Shown piece by piece: positions 52,455-64,000 of a DNA stretch of 64,000 bases. A model generated the notes under the pieces. That model worked only from the letters and a program-made list of their open reading frames with translations, had not been told where the DNA came from and ran no database searches. The DNA is from Eledone cirrhosa (lineage: Eukaryota): positions 156,984,001-157,048,000 of the forward strand of contig OZ024742.1 in NCBI GenBank assembly GCA_964016885.1, in the 5' to 3' direction. Within the stretch, counting starts at the first letter, position 1; every line of letters starts with the position of its first letter. A program made the position numbers and the translations under genes.

Positions 52455-52793
52455 CAATAATATAATATACTTTTTGTTGTAGTTGGCTGTTATTGTTGTT
52501 GGCTATGTCGGTGGTGGTGCCGGGGCTTTTTATATTGTTGGTGAGGAAGGGGTGAGCCAGCAGTCCCATAATTGTTGATGTAGACGTTTGGCCGGTGGCA
52601 AGGTCACCAAGTCAATCTATTTATATCTTTTGCTAGCCTCTCTCTTGTCTAGTGATACCGGCACCTTCCCTTTTCTCTCTCAAGTTAACAGGGGAATAGT
52701 GTCGGCAGCATTGAATGAGTGGTGGCGGCGATGATGGATGCGGTGAGGTGGTGGCAGCGGTGGTGTTGTGGTTACTGATATAGTATCTATGAG

Positions 52794-52963
52794 TTTGTGT
52801 TCGTTTGTTTAATATATATTTTTATTATATTTTGTGTTGACATATTCCCGTAAAATTTGAATTAAACATTTTTTAAAGTTTGTGTTCGTAAGTTTAATAT
52901 ATATTTTTATTATATTTTGTGTTGACACATTCCCGTAAAATTTGAATTAAACACTTTTTAAAA
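52794..52963. repeat. ~84-bp tandem duplication inside a possible Tx1-ORF1-like relic (52480-53365)
   Basis: gtttgtgttcgt...ttttaaa repeated; surrounding GT-rich sequence resembles the 5' regions of the Tx1 copies. Confidence 0.7.
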
Positions 52964-53365
52964 TTTGAGACAATAATAATAGTAATTATTATTATGATGC
53001 TGGTGAAATTGCCGTTATCTGGCTGTTATATTTAGTGTGATGGGATAGGTAGTGCATCAAGTTTCTGGTGTTGGTGAAATTGAAATTGCTGCTATTTGGC
53101 TGTTCTATATAGTCTAGACAGAGGGTGTTTTGTTCCATTTATAACCATTTTCTTTTTTTGAATACAAAATATATAATACAAAATTGAATATTTGAGCGAT
53201 ACAACAATATAATATGGATCCGAAACTTTATGGGACCTCATTCGGTGCATTTATGCAACATTTGTGCTAAGAATTGTTCTTTCACAATTGATTTAAATAT
53301 GTTAAAAATCAAAAACTTACGGGAGCAATTTCGTGACGTTCTACCACCTCGTGCGTCTTCTTCCC

Positions 53366-53425
<60 letters not shown>

Positions 53426-54027
53426 GTACTGTATGGAGCACATCATTGATCTCCAAATTACAAACAATATGGAGTAGCTTTACTCCAGAGACCATTCGAC
53501 AAAATCCCATTTTGCCCACATGTAATCGACATCGTATTCTTTCTCTCATTACACAATATGCATTACCATATGTATGAGTAGACGCATGCAACGCAATGAA
53601 TAGAGTGAGTTTTGCTTTCACACCTCTCCTCTTCTAATGAGTGAGTTCTTAAGCTAGCACATTATTGCACTAGCTCCAGAAATTCTTGAGATACGTTTCG
53701 TTTACCGCCTGTTTTATTATAATTCATTTCGTATGCAAAGCGTACTGCACATAACTTTTCCGGAGAAGGGACGTTTCATTCCTCACAGCACTCATTTCTA
53801 TTCCTGCCTTGCTTCACTCCATTGCTAACTTCTCCAGTGCATATCAACAAAGTAGATAGCATAATGAAATCTGCAAATATAAGCGGCTGATCATACATTC
53901 TCCAATTCTATCACGAACGCACATGTAAATCCTTTTTATAACCAATATTACATGCATAATTGTACAGTGAGCTGAATCAAAAACATAATCTTCATGCTTA
54001 GATGTAAATTACTTGATATATAATTAA

Positions 54028-54183
54028 TTGATTCTACTGCTGGCACAAGGCCAGCAATTACATTACTGATACTCGGATGAAAGGCAAAGTTAACCTCGAC
54101 GGGATTTGAACTCAGATCGTTAATGGACGTGACTATGCTGGAAAGCATGTCCGGCTCTCTACCGATATTGCCATTCAACGCCC
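54028..54183 (-). mobile_element. tRNA-derived SINE with internal deletion and ~16-bp TSD
   Basis: Flanks ttgatatataattaat (54013) and ttgctatataattaat (54185). Confidence 0.8.
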
Positions 54184-54774
54184 TTTGCTATATAATTAAT
54201 GTCAGATTTAGTCATAAAACTAAAATGTCTCCCACGTTTACAGGCCTGTGGGTTGTAAAATTGTCTTCTGTAATATCAATCGCTTTATTATGTCAGTGTT
54301 TCAGTTTAACACGGTTTGTAAAAGAAACAGAATCACGCAGTCTTAATTGCTGCAAAAAATATAACACTATTATTTATTTCTATAATTATTATATTAGAAT
54401 AATTCAAATACTTTATATCATACTTGAATTCAGATATATTATAAAAAATTCAAATGTTTCTTCACATAAAATATATATTAATGGTATACCTATTAAACAT
54501 GCTATGTTTCGAAAATTGTTTAGACTATTATTTTATGTGAGACAAGTTAAGTTAAACAGTAATATAATTTACTACACCTAACTTTCTTTCCTCACCTTTC
54601 ATAGAGCTTATAGCACTGGTGAATTTCGTATTTAATATATATTGCAGTCAATAGTATTTTACAAAGCGATTCTCACACATATATTACATTCAAATACATC
54701 TTTTCTCATTTAAAATACAGAAATAACGAAGTATACAGTGAAAATTAAATGCAAAGAATAATTTAGCAATTTAG

Positions 54775-54905
54775 GGCCGTAAATGATGGGGAGTTTAAGC
54801 GTTGAGCAAAAGCTTTGCAGAATTTATTTCGGGTCTTTACTTCCTGAGTTCAAATCCTGCTGATATCCACATTGTATTTCATACTGATCAAGTTGATAAA
54901 ATTAA
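54775..54905 (+). mobile_element. Old degenerate SINE
   Basis: ctgagttcaaatcctgctga B-box and tttcatac...ttgataaaat core remnant. Confidence 0.45.
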
Positions 54906-55339
54906 CTCACGCCTACTAATTACTGGTCTTCTGCAATGAAAATTATACGGAATTATTAAAGTGTCATAGAATGGCAGCTGTAAAGTTCCATACTATGATA
55001 CACTGGGAATTTTGATTTAGTCATGCTTCATTCATTCTACTATTGTCAATAACACGCGTATCAGTAATTGCCAATCCAGTTGATATTTAACAGAAGGCCC
55101 GTTCCAATAATGTTTACTGCGTTACTGTTAACTAAATCATATCTAGAATTATAGAAGTCTGATTAAATCGATATATGCCAGAATGTAACTACCATATGTA
55201 GTAATTTTCAACGTCTGTTTTTCATAATAAATTATCTGATAAGTATATATTGCCATATATTTCGTTCATCCAGCAGATGTCCGCCCATATCGAAACTATC
55301 CGCCACCTACGACACGTTCTCTAGCAGAACCGCTCTGCT

Positions 55340-55790
55340 GAAATTACAATAGCTGGTGTAGTAATGCGCCTGCTCAGCATTGGGGAATCAGACGAAGGAA
55401 TGTAGGTGTAAAGGCGAAATTAGCTATCTTCAAGTTGGTATTCGCTCTAAACCTTACCTATGATCATGTAACTTGGATTATCACCAAAAGTAAACGATCA
55501 CGAATACAAGCAGCCGAAACCGGGTGCTTTCGAAGGGTCTTTCAAGTAACGTTACTCAATAGATTTCGTAGATCGGACATCAGAGAATCGCTCTTGATAA
55601 AGACGCTATTTATCACAGTTCCGATGCTACGGGCATGTGATTATAATGTCTGAGGAAAGAATGGACATAATTCTAAGGGCAAAATCAACGAGCAAGAAAT
55701 CCAGAGGTAAATCCCGATGTAGAGGGTTCCTTCTGACTGGATACACCGGAAAGAATATTTTTTCAGGGCTCTGACTCCACGTCTCGGTTT
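55340..55790 (+). mobile_element. RTE-clade LINE relic
   Basis: LTYDHVTWIITKSKRSRIQAAETGCFRRVFQVTLLNRFRRSDIRESL; homologous to 22360-23000. Confidence 0.6.
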
Positions 55791-57856
55791 AACAACATCA
55801 CTGGTTGTTGGAAGGAGATATTTTATTCCCTTAATTCTAGACAGAAGTGTCCAGGACAAAATGTATTATTTGTCTTGTAATCCATCGCTAGCAATTGAGA
55901 ATATTTAAGTTAATTGTCTCAAAGTAAATAATTGTTTAAAGAGAGACACAAAAATTAAATTGTTATATGATGTGAAAAAGTTTTTCCGTGACAGTGGGTC
56001 CATCTATATCATAAAATAATACTTTCGTATTCTCTATAGTTTAATTATACTTGTTTGGTCGATTTTCGAAATCAACCGCAAAATGTCAAATTTTAATCTA
56101 AGAAGTGAAAGTGTTATGCATAAAGAAGTGGAATTATTCACAGTAAAAAAAGAAACTAAATATTCATAAGTTCCTTTCCGAATCGGAGCAAAAATATATA
56201 TATCAATGTAAATAATATGTTGATGATGTTTGGATATAAAACTTATTAGTATCATGTCAACTGTTAGGACATCAAAATTATTAGTTTGTATTTACCTCTT
56301 ACTTCATAGAAATGTTTAAATTAAATACCAATTAAATACTGAAGTAGCATCAGTCAAATATTCATAGCCATCATACATAAAAATACACTAAAACGAGAAA
56401 AATCATATAGTACGGTGCTAATGTGCAAAATAATGCGTCGAATGTGCTTCGAAATTATATTCATGGTGTCCAAACTCCTTTTACGGGTTTCACGTCAATG
56501 AAAGAATATCATAAATATGTAACAGTGATGTTTTGACGCTAAATAATAAAATCGATATTGTAGTTGAAATATTACAGAGAAACACAAAACGTGTGAAACG
56601 TGAATTATAATATCTTTGCTGTAGCGTATATTTGACGTAGTATCGATTTCTTATTATGTAGTATTTTAAAAACATTTAATAGCACACATGGTTTCTAGCA
56701 AGTCGAAATTGGAATTTGCAATCATAATGGCTGTCGCGCCTCTCGTTTGAGAAGTTTAAAGTTAGTATTCATCTACTGGTATGGAATAACGTTCAAAACG
56801 TTAGCACTTCATAACATATCACTTAAGACACTAAGTGATATACTTAGAGATACTTCGTTATACTTTGTTATTGTTAATAGGGTACAAACGACCTGACAGA
56901 CGTATATATGGAACACGAAGTTTATAAAAATTGTCTCTCATTGACTTATTATTTTCTGCGTGTGAAAGGACATGAATGTATGTTTTTCGTTGAATGATTG
57001 AATATATATTAAAACTTACCGGAGTTAAAGTGTTATTATTTGTTCAAATCGAAAACATAATATATATTCATGTATTCTCATATTCCCTGGAATATTCCTG
57101 TTCCCGAACAAATGTATTGAACATTGCAATGAAATATTATTGTTAGTATTTGAATGGACCGTAAGAAAAGAGTAGCGCTGTTGATTATACATCTCCCAAT
57201 ATTTTGTTACGTATCTACAAATGCTGCTTTCAGAGGATACACGAAACATTTTCCTATTTCCCTGGCCATATTATTTAAATAAAATATACAACAAACTCTG
57301 GTCAATTAATTCGTGTGTACTATCCCCTAAGCTGGGCTTGTTAGATCTACGTATCAAATCTGCGATATATTTAATGATTTAGTAGGGAACCCTGTACTTC
57401 CATTTATAAATGTTTTAAACATTACATGTTAAATCGACGTTATTATAATCTCTGTGTACGTGCAGACAGACCACCAGTGATAATATATTTTATATCAAAA
57501 CCTAGAAATTCAATAACAAGTTGTAGTAAAATGTCATATGTAAAGCTCTATACTTTCATCTAACATGACTTAGTGAATATGCTAAATTAATGGTATGGAA
57601 TACTCGTGGATCACAACAAATGAATGATGTCACTTTTTGAATAAAAAAAATAATTCTAAATAATATTTTTTTTTGTTTTATGTTAATATATCATAAAATG
57701 TGTTTCAGCTCGTCCGGGAAGAAAATTGTACAAAGTACCTTGAATACATTCAATTATATGGAACAAAGTTAATAAAAGTGTAAGTGACTTAGAACAAATT
57801 TACCCCTACAATTTGACTTCAAATAATTTAGAGCATACATCTGTGGACTCTCTTTG

Positions 57857-57933
<77 letters not shown>

Positions 57934-58282
57934 ATAGAAAGGGGGGTTGAAGTCTCAACATTAACTCAAGTTTTGAGTAATGCAGCCATGATAGATCGAC
58001 ATCATATTCGTTTAATCGCATGCAGTTTTATGGTCCGAAACATATAAAACATTTTTCTGTAGTCATATAGGAACATCAAACATGTGTAGAATTAATTTAC
58101 ACTGAAAGATTTTCAATTCATGTATATGGCTAATGAAATATAGAAAAGCATTTGAATCACAAATTTCGTTTACAAATGTTTTCTGAACATGAAATAACCC
58201 TTCATAATATCATATATGAACACCAAACATTAAAATTGTTCGGCTACATGCATTCATTAATAATGATAAATATATCAATATT

Positions 58283-58341
<59 letters not shown>

Positions 58342-58505
58342 GTGGGTAAACGAGAGTGACCCAATGTGTATATGAATAAACACATTTTCAAAATGAAGCC
58401 TGAAGAAATGCGAGTTAATACGAATATTTCTTTAAATTAAACAGATGATTATATATCATATATATATAACTATATACTATATATCTGTATACATACACAC
58501 ACACC

Positions 58506-58606
<101 letters not shown>

Positions 58607-58868
58607 GTTTACATGAATACTTTAATATATGAATGTGTGGATATATGAACAGACATTATATTGTTTGAAGTATATCTTATAGATCAAATGTAATGCAGTC
58701 AAATATCAAAACTAGTGTTCCAAGTAGAAATATTCATTCTAATATTTGCATTTCAATTAGATTTATATGCGTTTCTATATTCACCCGCGAAAAAGGAAAG
58801 AATAGTTGCTACACATAAATATTTCACAGTTATGTATATATATCTGTATTTAAGAAAACACATACCCA

Positions 58869-58913
<45 letters not shown>

Positions 58914-59022
58914 GGAAATCAGTAAAATCGAATATCTGGCGGTTTGCAAGTGAATTCGGCCTACTTACATGAAATGATGAGTTAGCAAAGCACTCGATAA
59001 GATAGGTCCTTAGAGTAATAAC

Positions 59023-59217
59023 ATACGTTTAAAAAACTTGACAAATCTAACATTGTGGTAAGCTAAACTAACACACAATATGTATACCAGAGCCACGATA
59101 GCATTAATCAAGTTGAGAAAAAGTACAAACCTGATTAGTGCTATCGTTGCTCTGGTATACATATTGTGTGTTAGTTTAGCCTACCACAATGTTCTATTTG
59201 TCAAGCTTTTTAAACGT

Positions 59218-59219
<2 letters not shown>
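59023..59219. repeat. Inverted repeat, ~92-bp arms, 13-nt spacer, abutting (TA)n
   Basis: 59023-59114 is the reverse complement of 59128-59219. Confidence 0.9.
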
Positions 59220-59252
<33 letters not shown>

Positions 59253-61390
59253 TCATAGATTAATAGGAGGTTTAAGTAAAGTGAAAATATAATCAGCCTA
59301 AATCAGTCGCTCACAAACTCTAAGAGAGGGCGGGAAAAAAAGCAGGTATAGGGCTTTAGTAGGCAAACAAATAGACCAAGACTGAAGAAGTAGGGGGGGG
59401 GGGGTAAAAAGAGGAACAGATGAAAAGAATGAAACTTCTAAGCAATTTATGTTGATAGATATGTAACAATAGATGTTATTTTCAGTATCTATTTCATCAC
59501 GTAAATGATAAAGCGTTAAGAAATTACCGTGTTTGAGTATATTTTATATTTCACACAAATATCATTGCTGAATACATACATACCTATTTTAAATTAAAGA
59601 TGCATACATACGTATCTAAGTTAATGTTCTGCTATTTTTCGTAGGCCAATTCATTTCATACCAGTCTTGTATCACATATCATATATTTAGTCAAATTCTC
59701 TTCTGCGATAAACAATACTTATTAAATAATTCATAAATATATTGTATTTATTCGTACGTTGTGACTATAGGTGTTCATATATCCACACAAATGAGGTATT
59801 TCACATCGTAAATTTTTCGGCATATTTCTAGTATAGCAACTAATAATTCGGAGCAACCATGTATATAACTCAAAGAAATTCAACTGTTTTTTTATGTAAA
59901 CAGCAGTTGAAAATCTAACTTTTGAAGTTTACGTATTCATTTGAAATCAATTTTATTTACTGTTAAAAAGAGCACACCTATTTGATCCGTTGTTATATAG
60001 TCCGGACTTAATATTGCGTCTCTCAGGAAGAGAAAAAATGTCTTTCATCCTGCAAGTGATTCTTAGTCCTTTTGTAAATTCTTTTGTGTAGATGTTTTCC
60101 ACGTTAGGGCCACAAGCAGGACTGATCTTTAAGCATTGTCTACAGAGGATAATGCTATATATTTGCTTGCGATGGATGTTTAGTTGTTACTTCTAGGAAT
60201 TTCTTATTTATGATAGTCTTTATATATAACGAAATAGAGTGGCATCAGCCAGATCATTGTTATGGTACTGCTCATAGGTGTATTTTGTGGTGTGGTACTA
60301 AATATTTAGCAAAACGTATATTTGAAGCAGCATTCTAGAAATAATATGTTACAATAGGAAGCTGTGTAAGCGATTATATCCTTAGACGGTTATAAACTAG
60401 TAATACTATGGCTAATATTAGAGAAGGACATTTTTGAATCCCCGGTGGAGTTATGGCAGGTATCCATGCTAATGATTGCATGTTTTTCTTTCGCCCTTTG
60501 AAAAGGTTTATAGGAACTTATTGTCATGGCAACACTTACATTTAGGAAATTAACCTTATAACTTTGAGGCGTTACTCAGAATAGGAAATACAGCTATAAA
60601 ATATTTAGGGAAATTACATAGGTTATGGTAATTACAGTTGTGTGATACAGGAATGGAATCACCTTTATATAGCCAATTGAATGATTAGAGAATGTATTAT
60701 CTAGTGTATGAAGAATATGGAAACCAGCAAAGGTCTGCTTTATTCGATAAGTACTATCGAGACATGAACATAATTTTCTGGTTCATATATTTTAGCCATA
60801 TAGTCATGTTAATAGAAATAACAGGCATGTATGGACATCAACATACATATGTTTACAACAATATAAGGAACACTACGTCGGACTCAAAATACGTAACACA
60901 TTGTAGCGTAGAAATGGAGTGTTAAATGTCACCTATGTTGAACTGTGTTAATCTATATTCATTTATCGCTGGACGTAGATATAACGGAAGTAGTATAATA
61001 CTATTATAAGAGGCATCTGTCAATTATAATACGTTTATTATTATAGTTTCACAATCTTCTTTCTGGCTACTGCTAATTCAAACACAACTGGGTTTAGTAA
61101 TCACTGGGATGTATACATATATATCCTCACAACACATACCTTTTAATCATTATCGAAGTTTTCGCTTCCTCTATGCACACATAACGTACCATATGTTTTA
61201 GTTTATTACGTCAGTAAATTCCCGTATTAGTCTTCTTCAGATAATAAATACATATACAATTTGTGATTACCTCTTCTTTCTCCGGGGGAATTGATCCCTA
61301 AGTATCATCCTGGCATATCAAAATAGAAGCCTGAAGAAGGGCTGGTTAATTACCGAACGCGAAGATATAAACATAAGGCTGTATGTATGA

Positions 61391-61426
<36 letters not shown>

Positions 61427-61930
61427 ATGATATTAACAAATGGAAACAATATGTATACAAACACACACACACACGAACACACACTCACACACACACACAC
61501 AAACACACACTCACATGCACGCAGACACATACCCCCCCCCCCCCCGCATATATATATATCAAGATTAAATCAATTTCTTGGTTATCGTTATAATGTTCCT
61601 ATCGTAACATTTGATAGAGGAAGAACATTATACATAACATTAACGTTATGATTTTTTTTACTCCAATGCTTAACATACATCATTACATGTAACTAATAAA
61701 CAAAATAGCAAAATACAACATGAAAAATACGACAGTGAAAAAAATCGTTATATCTAAAAGACGTAATACGAAGCAGATATAATAACATATCATTAACTAT
61801 TTACTCATTTTCTTCATATCTTCAGTAAACAGTAAAATGTTTCCTGGATACTACGCAATATTTTTTTTTGTTAGAAACCCCAACAAAAAACGGTGCCTCG
61901 CAACAAAAAAAAAACATAATGACGAAGACT

Positions 61931-64000
<2,070 letters not shown>

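Noticed and set aside
61328-61366. agc CTGAAGA..ggttaattacc GAA cgcg AA gat
   Set aside because: Needs three or more corrections to be a hammerhead. Similar weak cases at 13330-13380, 26858, 47296-47330 and 58975-59000 were also not called.

Overview
Gene-poor, AT-rich eukaryotic DNA, packed with (TA)n, (TAA)n, (CA)n and (CATA)n microsatellites and retroelements. The repeat repertoire suggests a coleoid cephalopod such as Octopus (inference). No host exon is supportable. Contents: (1) at 1-12.6 kb, a cluster of Tx1/L1-clade LINEs (- strand) and R4/Dong RLE-LINE 3' ends (+ strand), joined through (TAA)n tracts; (2) a near full-length Dong/R4 LINE at 48.4-52.3 kb; (3) a near full-length Penelope-like element (PLE) at 40.1-44.4 kb; (4) about ten tRNA-derived SINE copies whose 3' end resembles the Tx1 3' end; (5) RTE relics; (6) a 200-N assembly gap. 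Most notable: the PLE has an upstream ORF that appears joined to the RT/GIY-YIG ORF by an in-frame U_UUU_UUA -1 frameshift site with a downstream stem. There are also about a dozen hand-folded minimal type-I hammerhead ribozyme motifs. These include a 410-nt retrozyme-like tandem array, a U3-A8 compensatory core variant, long-loop-II variants and palindromic two-ribozyme elements. All folds and alignments were done by eye; none were computed.
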